Of a stretch of DNA of 35,601 nucleotides, positions 1-7,656 are shown one piece after another. The DNA comes from a virus (taxonomy: Duplodnaviria > Caudoviricetes). A program made the translations under genes and the position numbers. The notes under the pieces are model-generated. The model searched no databases. It was not told the origin of the DNA and saw only the letters and a program-made list of their open reading frames with translations. The stretch lies in IMG/VR virus record IMGVR_UViG_3300020042_005013, positions 1 through 35,601 of that record; one strand, written 5' to 3'. Every line of letters starts with the position of its first letter. Within the stretch, counting starts at the first letter, position 1.

Positions 1-300
1 TTCTTTAATATAAACACAAATATCATAAAATTTATATAAATATAACCCCCCCGAGATTTTTAGAGAGGGGGTAAGAGGGGGGGGTATGGATATATATAGG
101 GCTGTATTTTCGCAAAAAGCGTGACATTTTGAGATTCCCTTTGCATTACAGCAACTTAGAGGTCACGCCCCCGTGTGGCTACCGATTTTATCCCTGCAAT
201 TACAATAGCTTACTGGTCACGCTCCCCGTGATATTTTGGGGTTCGAGCGTGAGGTTTTTAAAAATATATCGGTTGAAAAGTTTGTTGTCGTTTGTTGTCA
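1..300. other. AT-rich non-coding region with C7/G5/G8 runs and imperfect direct repeats; candidate replication origin or packaging/terminal region
   Basis: 1-45 is almost all A/T. C7 at 46-52, G5 at 67-71, G8 at 77-84. Two ~40-bp imperfect repeats at 136-175 and 191-230. No credible ORF. Function is inferred. Confidence 0.5.
136..230. repeat. Two imperfect ~40-bp direct repeats
   Basis: tccctttgcattacagcaacttagaggtcacgcccccgtg (136-175) vs tccctgcaattacaatagcttactggtcacgctccccgtg (191-230); each ends in a CACG...CGTG mini-palindrome. Confidence 0.75.
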
Positions 301-318
301 TTCGGATGACGTTTTTTT
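296..318 (+). terminator. Short hairpin plus T7, terminator-like or an operator palindrome
   Basis: GTCAT-tcgg-ATGAC (297-310) followed by g and TTTTTTT (312-318). The stem is weak. Confidence 0.3.
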
Positions 319-319
319 G

Positions 320-349
320 TTGACAGATGAAAAGACGTTGGATTATGTG
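320..349 (+). promoter_or_regulatory. Putative sigma70-type early promoter
   Basis: Perfect TTGACA (320-325), 18 nt, TATGTG (344-349), upstream of the first early gene and its AAAGGA RBS. Confidence 0.55.
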
Positions 350-405
350 TTGCGTGTGGCTGGCAATGACGTGTCAATCACTGATTATCGGAAAGGATAT
401 TTGAA

Positions 406-714
406 ATGACGTTTACGTTGAATGGAAAGTCTTCCCCTTGGGGCATCGTGCAGGACGAAGAAGTCATTGCCGATGGTATCATTTATGTTTCGACGGCATC
501 GCACGGCGGCATCTGGGTTGCCCGTGAATTGATGCATCGTATCACGCATGAGATGCAGGACTATGCGAAATACTGGTCGGGTTCGTCGCAATGGTTTGAG
601 GAGGATTGCGCGGCGCAATGCGTTGTCGTTAGCTTCCCCGAGTATTTCAAGCCGGAACAGGTTGTATCGGCATGGGACGTTGTGAAGCGTTACGTTACGA
701 AGGAGGCGGCGTGA
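406..714 (+). CDS. Phage hypothetical protein, DUF7007-like
   Basis: RBS AAAGGA; motifs SPWG..Q...IADGI..VSTASHGG and WFEEDC match the family as I recall it. Confidence 0.75.
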   Translation: MTFTLNGKSSPWGIVQDEEVIADGIIYVSTASHGGIWVARELMHRITHEMQDYAKYWSGSSQWFEEDCAAQCVVVSFPEYFKPEQVVSAWDVVKRYVTKEAA

Positions 715-962
715 TGGTTAGCGTTGATGCTGTGATGCGCGATGCGGTTGAGTCGCTGGAATATGCTGTGGTTGCGCTTAATGCGCGGCCACAAGCCCAT
801 ATGCGGCAGGTTGCGGAAGAGCTGAAAGAGGCGCGGCAGACTGTGGCTGACATGGTTGCGGCTCTGGAGCGGATTGTTGAGGTCGAGCGCAACGGCGGTT
901 CGGCGATAGGTATGCGGATGATTGCATCTGCGGCGATTAAAGCAGCAAAGGGAGAGGCATGA
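711..962 (+). CDS. Small hypothetical protein with C-terminal MxAALE...AAIKAAKGEA module
   Basis: AAGGAGG RBS and GTGA overlap with the previous stop favour a start at 711/714 over 672. Confidence 0.75.
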   Translation: MMVSVDAVMRDAVESLEYAVVALNARPQAHMRQVAEELKEARQTVADMVAALERIVEVERNGGSAIGMRMIASAAIKAAKGEA

Positions 963-1124
963 TGGATAAGGAGCTGAAGGCAGACGCGCGATCGTTTTAC
1001 GATGCGGCATCGTCTGTTTGTGACATTGATATTTTTTCCGATTTGGATTGGGAAACGGCGGGTATGATTTGGAGAGCGTTTAAGGACGTTCTTGAAGGGC
1101 AGGGAGAGGCGTGATGGATAAGGA
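949..1124 (+). repeat. 24-bp direct repeat pair at gene junctions
   Basis: agggagaggcatgatggataagga (949-972) and agggagaggcgtgatggataagga (1101-1124), 23/24 identical. 948-965 recurs exactly at 2148-2165. Confidence 0.9.
959..1114 (+). CDS. Small acidic hypothetical protein, 51 aa (not in ORF track)
   Basis: Translated by hand: MMDKELKADARSFYDAASSVCDIDIFSDLDWETAGMIWRAFKDVLEGQGEA. RBS plus ATGA/GTGA overlaps at both ends. Confidence 0.75.
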   Translation: MMDKELKADARSFYDAASSVCDIDIFSDLDWETAGMIWRAFKDVLEGQGEA

Positions 1125-1419
1125 TACGACATATAACGGCTGGACGAATTACGAGACTTGGCGCGTTAATCTGGAGATGTTCGACGCTGACTTTTCCAGC
1201 GACAACGACTTGGACGCATACGATCTTGGGCAGAGCTTGCGCGAGATGGCGTTGGAGACTGTTGGCGGACAGGCATCGGGGATTGCGTTGGACTATGCCG
1301 AGGCGTTTTTGAATAGCGTTAATTGGTATGAAATCGCTTCGATGAATATCGACGCCTATCGGCCAGAGGCGGAGCTTTGCCGCAATGGTAAGCCGTTTGC
1401 TAATTGTGATTGTTGTTAG
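1111..1419 (+). CDS. Phage hypothetical protein, DUF7249-like
   Basis: YNGWTNYETWxV signature at the N-terminus; acidic; Cys-rich tail. Confidence 0.75.
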   Translation: MMDKDTTYNGWTNYETWRVNLEMFDADFSSDNDLDAYDLGQSLREMALETVGGQASGIALDYAEAFLNSVNWYEIASMNIDAYRPEAELCRNGKPFANCDCC

Positions 1420-1426
1420 GAGAGAG

Positions 1427-1903
1427 ATGATGCCGAATTGGTGTGAAAATGTAGTGACGTTTACGGGGCCGCGAGAGAAGCTGGCCGCGCTGATTGAGGG
1501 CGCTGGCAAGGGGGAGCTGCTGAACGCGATCCGCCCGATGCCGGAGAGCGTCTTTCGGGGGAACGTAGGCAGTGCCGAGCGCGAGGAGCATGGCACGAAT
1601 AATTGGTATGACTGGAGCATTGAGCATTGGGGAACGAAATGGGATGTCGAGGTCGTTGATACAGAGGACGAAGGCGAGAGCGTGACATTCCGTTTCGATA
1701 GCGCGTGGTCGCCACCCGTTGATGCGTATCGCTATGCCGAGGAACAGGGCTTGGCTGTGGATGCGAAGTATTGCGAGACGGGCTTTGATTTCATTGGGCG
1801 CTATGGCGCGGGTGTTGAGGTGACTTCGCAGATTGACAAGTGCGAGGATGAAGAGCTGCGCGACTGTTTCGCGTTTGCGTTTGAGGAGTGGGACGATGAA
1901 TGA
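1427..1903 (+). CDS. DUF1281/YubB ferredoxin-like domain protein
   Basis: MPNWCEN start, WYDW...WGTKWD and FDSAWSPP motifs; RBS AGGAG before 1427. Confidence 0.85.
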   Translation: MMPNWCENVVTFTGPREKLAALIEGAGKGELLNAIRPMPESVFRGNVGSAEREEHGTNNWYDWSIEHWGTKWDVEVVDTEDEGESVTFRFDSAWSPPVDAYRYAEEQGLAVDAKYCETGFDFIGRYGAGVEVTSQIDKCEDEELRDCFAFAFEEWDDE

Positions 1904-2162
1904 TATTTTTAGGACAGTGCGCGAATTGCTGCAAAGCAATAAATGCGTTCTGATGGGCAATGCCGTAAACAATGAGGGTGAGCTATACGACGATAGCGTC
2001 GAGAACTTGACCGCGATCTTGGCGATGGAGGGGCACTATGCGCGGATGTATGCGGCTCTGGAGAGCTTGTTAGCCGATTGCGAAGCCTATGGCCTGACCG
2101 ACAATGACGCACACTTGCGCGAAGCACGCGCAGCGATAGCCAAAGCGAAGGGAGAGGCATGA
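1896..2162 (+). CDS. Small hypothetical protein with C-terminal MYAALE...ARAAIAKAKGEA module
   Basis: GAGGAG RBS upstream of ATG 1896; overlaps the previous stop. Confidence 0.75.
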   Translation: MNDIFRTVRELLQSNKCVLMGNAVNNEGELYDDSVENLTAILAMEGHYARMYAALESLLADCEAYGLTDNDAHLREARAAIAKAKGEA

Positions 2163-2431
2163 TGGCTTGGAGATTGGAAGGCGACATAGGCGCGATGAAT
2201 TTAGACATAGTTTGTTCGAGCGGGCGCATTGCCATGATGGATTGCGAGAACGAAGATATGCCTGACGAAGATATAGCTGCGAACGCGAGGATCATGGCTG
2301 CTGCGCCGGAGATGTATACCGCTCTGGAAGGGTTGGTTTACAATTACGCTGCGTCTGGTCGCGTGCCGGATGGCTTCGTGCGCGATGTTGCGCGGCTTTT
2401 ACTGGAGATAGGCGATGAACGACTGGGATAG
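2159..2431 (+). CDS. Phage hypothetical protein with ANARIMAAAPEMYTALE motif
   Basis: ATGA overlap; the ANAxLxAAAPxL motif is common in small phage early proteins. Confidence 0.75.
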   Translation: MMAWRLEGDIGAMNLDIVCSSGRIAMMDCENEDMPDEDIAANARIMAAAPEMYTALEGLVYNYAASGRVPDGFVRDVARLLLEIGDERLG

Positions 2432-2552
2432 GGTGGCGCTGGCCTTCGATGTGCTGGAGAACGCCGAGGTTATGGAAGAGTTTGACGATTGCTTGTGGAT
2501 TAAGGTTTACCGCGACGATTGGGAAAGGCTGATGGGGGAGGAAGAATCATGA
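2415..2552 (+). CDS. Small acidic hypothetical protein, 45 aa (not in ORF track)
   Basis: MNDWDRVALAFDVLENAEVMEEFDDCLWIKVYRDDWERLMGEEES; GGAG RBS; ATGA overlap with the next gene. Confidence 0.7.
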   Translation: MNDWDRVALAFDVLENAEVMEEFDDCLWIKVYRDDWERLMGEEES

Positions 2553-2770
2553 ACGTGCAGTTGACGATGAGCGTAAGCCTGACCCTGCCTGATGGCAGTG
2601 CGTCTATGGATGGCACAGGTGGGCGCGGATGGGTTCTGCCTGATGGGAGAGCCATAAAGATATGGGCCGTAACCGAATTGAACGACGAAGAGGATTTGAC
2701 GTTCGGTGAGGCGTTGGAAATGGGGATCGATGTCGAGGACATGGTAACGGAAGTGGAGATAATGCCATGA
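2549..2770 (+). CDS. Hypothetical protein
   Basis: GGAGG RBS before ATG 2549; ATGA overlaps at both ends. Confidence 0.7.
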   Translation: MNVQLTMSVSLTLPDGSASMDGTGGRGWVLPDGRAIKIWAVTELNDEEDLTFGEALEMGIDVEDMVTEVEIMP

Positions 2771-2940
2771 ACGTAATTTTGCAGCTAGATTGCAGGGAGA
2801 TTGCGCGGTTCGAGTATGGCATTCACGCCATGTGGGCGGCGCTGGCCTTGAGCAAGGAAGATGACCGGCTTTGGACAGTGATAGACGAGCGCGAGGGTCA
2901 GATTACGACAATCGAATATCGAAACGGAAAGGCATACTGA
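2767..2940 (+). CDS. Hypothetical protein, 57 aa (not in ORF track)
   Basis: MNVILQLDCREIARFEYGIHAMWAALALSKEDDRLWTVIDEREGQITTIEYRNGKAY; GGAG RBS; fills the gap exactly. Confidence 0.7.
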   Translation: MNVILQLDCREIARFEYGIHAMWAALALSKEDDRLWTVIDEREGQITTIEYRNGKAY

Positions 2941-2941
2941 C

Positions 2942-3121
2942 ATGAGAAAGTTTGATTTCACGCTGTCATTTTCGGTGATGGCTAACCACGAGCTCGACGC
3001 ACGGGTGAAGCTGAAGGATTTGCTGAAGTCGATTAGCAAGGAAGATATTTTTTGGGCAATGAGCATAGTGAAAGGAGAGGAAGCTGAAACCATGGAAGAG
3101 GTGCAATCATGCGAGAGCTAG
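2942..3121 (+). CDS. Hypothetical protein, 59 aa (not in ORF track)
   Basis: MRKFDFTLSFSVMANHELDARVKLKDLLKSISKEDIFWAMSIVKGEEAETMEEVQSCES; AAAGG RBS; starts 1 nt after the previous stop. Confidence 0.65.
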   Translation: MRKFDFTLSFSVMANHELDARVKLKDLLKSISKEDIFWAMSIVKGEEAETMEEVQSCES

Positions 3122-3297
3122 ACGCAGCAGACGCCGGAGAGCTGCTCGATGTGCTGGAGCTGTTGGTTTATTCGATTGATGAACACGTTTACGGCGATGA
3201 CAGCCCGCACATAGACCCGTCTTTATGGGATGATTATTATGCGGCGTTTGACACGCTGGTAGCGTATGGCCGCAGAGAGCCACGGAGGAAACGATGA
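3109..3297 (+). CDS. Small acidic hypothetical protein
   Basis: GAGGTG RBS; ATGA overlap with the next gene. Confidence 0.7.
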   Translation: MRELDAADAGELLDVLELLVYSIDEHVYGDDSPHIDPSLWDDYYAAFDTLVAYGRREPRRKR

Positions 3298-3572
3298 ATA
3301 TCGGAGAGCGATTTGTAGTGAAGCAGATAGTGGGGCGCGCACTGGACAAGGGATATTTGCTGACAGTTTTTGACGGCGAAGAGTTTCCTATCCGGTGCAG
3401 CGATGACGCTGAGGCCGTGATGGCCGAGCTGGGACACTGCGACGAGGAATGGCTTCAGGTTGCGAATGCTGATTGCAAAAGGATCGGTTCGATTTTTTTT
3501 ATCTACGGGAATGACGCTGACGAGGTGGTCGCGGACTGCACGGACAAGCCAGAGATTTTGGAGTTATTGTGA
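3294..3572 (+). CDS. Hypothetical protein
   Basis: GGAGG RBS; coupled overlaps; V.DGEE and YGND..EVVAD motifs. Confidence 0.75.
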   Translation: MNIGERFVVKQIVGRALDKGYLLTVFDGEEFPIRCSDDAEAVMAELGHCDEEWLQVANADCKRIGSIFFIYGNDADEVVADCTDKPEILELL

Positions 3573-3766
3573 TGACTGATCATGAAATAATACTGAGGGC
3601 GAGGATAGCCTTTAATGAAAGAGATAGGGTGGCGCGGCAGCTGCAAGAGGTTGAGGTTGAGATTAAGGATCTGGTGCGGTCTTATAGCTCTGCCATGAAG
3701 GTATGGGGTTACACGCCTTTGATGCTTCGGCAGGCTGTTCGTGCGCGACTGGGTGATGTTGTCTGA
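3569..3766 (+). CDS. Hypothetical helical protein
   Basis: GGAG RBS, GTGA overlap, TGATG junction with the next gene. Confidence 0.7.
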   Translation: MMTDHEIILRARIAFNERDRVARQLQEVEVEIKDLVRSYSSAMKVWGYTPLMLRQAVRARLGDVV

Positions 3767-4095
3767 TGTTAGGCTATGTGAACCGCTATGAGGAGAAGGG
3801 GACTCTTCCCTTCGAGGTGGTTGAAGTGATAAGCGGGCATGAGCTTGTGATTCGTGAGATGATTGCCGACCTGAAGAAAGGTTGGCGACCGGCGATGATT
3901 ATGGGCCACTGCACGAACGAGGCGGAGCAGGAGTGGACGATAGCACCTGACCCGAAGGCATTGACGTTCCGTATCCGGCTGGACAAGCACGGGAATTGGA
4001 AGGATGCTGCGGGTAAGGTGTATCGCACCGAGGCTGTTCCGATACGTTTCCACAGGTATAGTTTTGTTGGTGGCGTATACGACAGCGAAGGTTAG
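3766..4095 (+). CDS. Phage hypothetical protein
   Basis: TGATG coupling; 109-aa beta-rich ORF with operon-like codon usage. Confidence 0.7.
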   Translation: MLGYVNRYEEKGTLPFEVVEVISGHELVIREMIADLKKGWRPAMIMGHCTNEAEQEWTIAPDPKALTFRIRLDKHGNWKDAAGKVYRTEAVPIRFHRYSFVGGVYDSEG

Positions 4096-4141
4096 GACTT
4101 GTAAGTTCTGATTTCGTATGGCAGCATTAGTGTTTGTGCGT

Positions 4142-4170
4142 TTGACGGCGCGATTTAAGAAAGGTATTAA
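4142..4170 (+). promoter_or_regulatory. Putative sigma70-type promoter for the replication genes
   Basis: TTGACG (4142-4147), 17 nt, TATTAA (4165-4170), ending 4 nt before ATG 4175. Confidence 0.5.
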
Positions 4171-4174
4171 CAAC

Positions 4175-4567
4175 ATGACCGGAAAATGTGGCTCTGTCCA
4201 AGGCTCGCCTAAAAACCACATAGCTTCCAGCGGGGCTCGTCCTTTCCCCTCCGCTGGTAAGCCCGTCAATCTCCGGTCAATTTCTATAAGCGACATCAAG
4301 GATCGCTTGAGTTCCACCCACATCGAGGCGCTATGCAAGGCTTGGTTGCCGAACGGCAAGCGGCAGGGTGGGTGGTTTGTATGTAGTGCGCCTTGGCGCG
4401 ACGACCGCAACGCATCGCTTGGGGTATCGCTTAGCACGGGGCGTTGGAAAGATTTTGCGACGGGTGAGCATGGCGACATGATCGACCTGTCTATGAGGCT
4501 ATTCGGGGATAGTCTGCATGAAACATTAAAAGGATTCGCAGAGATGCTGGGCATGAACCATGCGTAA
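4175..4567 (+). CDS. Stand-alone primase N-terminal domain (degenerate CHC2 zinc-finger-like)
   Basis: WLPNGKRQG.WFVC..PWRDDRNASLGVSLSTGRWKDFATGEHGDMIDL resembles the primase zinc-binding-domain pattern; directly upstream of the Toprim gene. Confidence 0.75.
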   Translation: MTGKCGSVQGSPKNHIASSGARPFPSAGKPVNLRSISISDIKDRLSSTHIEALCKAWLPNGKRQGGWFVCSAPWRDDRNASLGVSLSTGRWKDFATGEHGDMIDLSMRLFGDSLHETLKGFAEMLGMNHA

Positions 4568-6968
4568 GATAGACCTGACGGCTGTGAAGGCCGAGGACAT
4601 TACCGATACACCAAGCCTAGTCACACCGATGCCGGAGCCTATTGTTGTTCCTGCGAAGCTGAAGGCTGCGCTGGGTGGTGAGCCGGACTCGATGTGGATA
4701 TACCGGACGGCTGATGGCTCTGCCTTTGGCGCGGTGGCGCGTTGGAACCCTGAAGGGAAGCGCAAGGAAATCCGACCGATTGTCTGGGACGGCAAGAAGT
4801 TTATCACTTCGGGGTTTGGGCCGAGCCGCCCGCTGTATAACAGCGATATGATTGCGTCTGCGCCGACTGCCCCTGTGCTGATTGTCGAGGGCGAGAAGGC
4901 GGCTGATGCAGCGCCACAGTATTTGCCGGATGGCTGGGTTGTTACGACATGGCAAGGTGGTGCGAACGCTGTAGACCAGACGAGCTGGGCTATACTCGAA
5001 GGGCATAGCGTTGTTGTCTGGCCGGACAATGATGCGGCTGGAGCGCAGGCGGCAGTTGAGATCCAGAATATTCTGGCGGGTCATGCGGTGCCTGTTTCGA
5101 TTGTTGGTTTAAGCCCGGCGTTTCCTGATGCGTGGGACTTGGGCGACGAGCTGCCAGCCAAGGTGAAGCCGGAGAACATTACGGGCCTGCTGCGCCGCGA
5201 ATTGAAGCGTGCTGCTGTAACTACGCCGGATGTGCCAGTCGTAGAAGAGCGAGTTACTGATTATGATGAGGACACTGCGCGAGAGTGGCGACCGCTGGGC
5301 TATGATAACCTGAAGTATATGCTGCAGACGCAACATCGGGGGCAGGTTGATATGTTCGACCCTGACCGCTTGATGAGTGAGAAGGGCTGCATGACTATCT
5401 ATGGTGATGTGACGCATTGGGGCGGCCAGCAGGGTAAGCCTGATGGTAAGGGTGTTAATTGGATACAAGCTGGCATCGAAATCATGGATAGCTGTCATAA
5501 GCTGGGCGTCTATGATCCGAAACGATTGCGTGGGCGTGGCATCTGGATTGACAAGGGCGAAGATGGCGTGGAGCGGGCCGTGATGAATGCTGGCAGTAAG
5601 CTGGTGGTGAGCAGGGCTGGGACGGAGACGCGAGAGATTCCGTTTGTCCGCTTCAAGAGCCGTTGGATTTACCAGAAGAACTCTGACCTGATATTAAACA
5701 TCGAGGACTATAATGAACGGGCAAGCGACGACGATGGCCGGATGATCCGTGAGCTGTGCAATAAGGTGCGCTGGGATGCGCCTATCTATGGCGACCTGCT
5801 GGCTGGCTGGATTGCGACTGCGGTGGTCTGCGGCGGGTTGCAATGGCGGACGCACGCTTGGGTAACAGGCAATCAGGGCTCAGGTAAGTCAACGATTGTC
5901 AATGAGATTGCGGGCGCTTGCCTTGGGGATCTTGCCATCTATCCTTTGGGGGCGACGACCGAGGCTGGCATTCGGCAGCTGGTGCGCAACGATGCTATGC
6001 CCGTGGTGTTCGATGAGAGCGAGAGCGACAGCAAGAACAAGATGAACAACGAGGCGCGGCGTCAGGCTGTGCTTGACTTGATGCGTCAGGCATCGAGCGA
6101 GGGGCGTGGCCGTATTCTGAAGGGTTCCGCGAACCATAGCGCACAGGCGTTTACGATGCGGTCATCGTTCCTGATGTCATCCATTGGCGTTGGCCTGAAG
6201 GAAGCAGCTGACCTTACACGGACGGCAGTGCTTACAATCAAGCCGCTGGATAGCTACAGCCATGAGGAGCGCAGGAAGAAAGAGCAGGAGTTCAAGGAGT
6301 TCTTGAGCCTTGCGTCCGAGATCCCGCCGGATATGCCACAGCGATTGGTTGCGCGGCAGCTGCACAATCTATTCACGCTGCGCCATAACGTAGAGATTTT
6401 CAAAGAGACGATTGCTGTCATGCTGGCTAACCGCCGGATTGGCGACCAGTTGGGGACGCTGATGGCCGGATGCTATAGTCTGTATTCGACGAAGCGATTA
6501 GACCTGAAGCAGTGCGAGAAATACCTGAACACAGTGAACCTCGATGAGTTTCTGCAAGTCAAGACGGAACGTGAAGACATCACCCTACTGCATCACATTG
6601 TGGGCAGTATGATTAGGGTCGAGACTGTTCATGGTTCGCAGGATCGCACAATTGGGGAGCTTATGGTTGTTTGCTTTACCCGCGATGATACAACGGACGT
6701 TCGGTTGAAGGTGGCGGAGTCCACGCTTGCCCGCTATGGGATGAAGATAGAGCGTGAACACGGGACTGTAACGGGTGTATGGATAGGCCAGAGCATCCAG
6801 TCTATGAACCGGATTATGCAAACGTCTGTGTATTTCGAGGGCTGGGCTGGCGTTCTGATGCGTCACCCATATGCAAAGAAAAGCCCAAACAGTATCAGCT
6901 TCGGCGGCACGAGCGCACGAGCAATATTTTTACCAAAGCAGGAGTGGCCAGTAGGGTTATGGGACTGA
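4560..6968 (+). CDS. Primase-helicase: Toprim domain plus P-loop ATPase
   Basis: Toprim motifs VLIVEGEKAADA and VWPDND..G; Walker A GNQGSGKST; Walker B VVFDESE. Confidence 0.9.
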   Translation: MRKIDLTAVKAEDITDTPSLVTPMPEPIVVPAKLKAALGGEPDSMWIYRTADGSAFGAVARWNPEGKRKEIRPIVWDGKKFITSGFGPSRPLYNSDMIASAPTAPVLIVEGEKAADAAPQYLPDGWVVTTWQGGANAVDQTSWAILEGHSVVVWPDNDAAGAQAAVEIQNILAGHAVPVSIVGLSPAFPDAWDLGDELPAKVKPENITGLLRRELKRAAVTTPDVPVVEERVTDYDEDTAREWRPLGYDNLKYMLQTQHRGQVDMFDPDRLMSEKGCMTIYGDVTHWGGQQGKPDGKGVNWIQAGIEIMDSCHKLGVYDPKRLRGRGIWIDKGEDGVERAVMNAGSKLVVSRAGTETREIPFVRFKSRWIYQKNSDLILNIEDYNERASDDDGRMIRELCNKVRWDAPIYGDLLAGWIATAVVCGGLQWRTHAWVTGNQGSGKSTIVNEIAGACLGDLAIYPLGATTEAGIRQLVRNDAMPVVFDESESDSKNKMNNEARRQAVLDLMRQASSEGRGRILKGSANHSAQAFTMRSSFLMSSIGVGLKEAADLTRTAVLTIKPLDSYSHEERRKKEQEFKEFLSLASEIPPDMPQRLVARQLHNLFTLRHNVEIFKETIAVMLANRRIGDQLGTLMAGCYSLYSTKRLDLKQCEKYLNTVNLDEFLQVKTEREDITLLHHIVGSMIRVETVHGSQDRTIGELMVVCFTRDDTTDVRLKVAESTLARYGMKIEREHGTVTGVWIGQSIQSMNRIMQTSVYFEGWAGVLMRHPYAKKSPNSISFGGTSARAIFLPKQEWPVGLWD

Positions 6969-7132
6969 AGAACAAACACGCAGGGTCTGAATTGGCCTTT
7001 AGAATCATTCGAGATTGGCCGGACACTACGCTTCTGGGCAAGCGACCGCACCACTTGGCTGCTGCGTTTGGCATCAGCTTGGACACTGCCGAAAGGTTGT
7101 TGAAAGATGAGCGGCGCAGGCGTAACTTCTAG
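6959..7132 (+). CDS. Small basic HTH-like protein
   Basis: PHHLAAAFGISLDTAERLL helix-turn-helix pattern; overlaps the primase stop. Confidence 0.55.
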   Translation: MGLKNKHAGSELAFRIIRDWPDTTLLGKRPHHLAAAFGISLDTAERLLKDERRRRNF

Positions 7133-7184
7133 GTTGAATTACGCCGATGAATGTGCAACATTTATAGAGTAACTGGAGAATGAT

Positions 7185-7412
7185 ATGAGCTTTGAAATTG
7201 AAGATGAACATGCGATCCCTGCTGCGCGTCAGCACAATGGTCGCCGGGAGAAATATCCTTGGTCGCAACTGGAGGTCGGTCAGAGCTTCTTTGTCGATGG
7301 CGTTGCGTTGCGCTCGATGAGTAGCACTGCTTCCCATGCAGGCCGCCGCAATGGCAAGAAGTTTATTGCCCGCGAGTCTGATGGTGGCGTTCGGGTATGG
7401 CGCTATGAGTGA
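7185..7412 (+). CDS. Phage hypothetical protein, DUF7303-like
   Basis: GGAG RBS; KYPWSQLEVGQSFFV and GVRVWR motifs. Confidence 0.8.
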   Translation: MSFEIEDEHAIPAARQHNGRREKYPWSQLEVGQSFFVDGVALRSMSSTASHAGRRNGKKFIARESDGGVRVWRYE

Positions 7413-7656
7413 TATTGTCGAGGCTCAGGACATTGACGGGCAACTGTATGTGTCCGCCCACAATCTGCCGGAATTTATGGAGCGCGCCACTGAGCGCGGC
7501 GTGGAGATGGAGCGGATCAGAATTTTGGAAATCATCCAAGGGCGTATCGACACCCATCGCAGCTTCATTAATTTCTGCATGGATAATGATGTGCAGGTAA
7601 CGCCCAGTATTTTTACCGCCATAATTGAACTGCGTGCGCTGTTGAGGAAAATATAA
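7405..7656 (+). CDS. Hypothetical protein
   Basis: 8-nt overlap with the previous gene; TAATG junction with the next. Confidence 0.65.
   Translation: MSDIVEAQDIDGQLYVSAHNLPEFMERATERGVEMERIRILEIIQGRIDTHRSFINFCMDNDVQVTPSIFTAIIELRALLRKI

Noticed and set aside
129-323. 64-aa ORF in the left non-coding region
   Set aside because: TTG start, no RBS, and it runs across the repeats and promoter; probably spurious.
949-2165. Junction repeats as a CRISPR array or attC sites
   Set aside because: Spacing is irregular and gene-sized, the repeats are non-palindromic and coding, and no cas or integrase gene is present.
4155-4171. TTAA-N8-TTAAC resembling a CtrA box over the primase promoter
   Set aside because: The CtrA consensus spacer is 7 nt and here it is 8, so only a half-site is supported.
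4540-4570. Programmed frameshift fusing the two primase ORFs
   Set aside because: No recognisable slippery sequence; the overlap looks like ordinary translational coupling.
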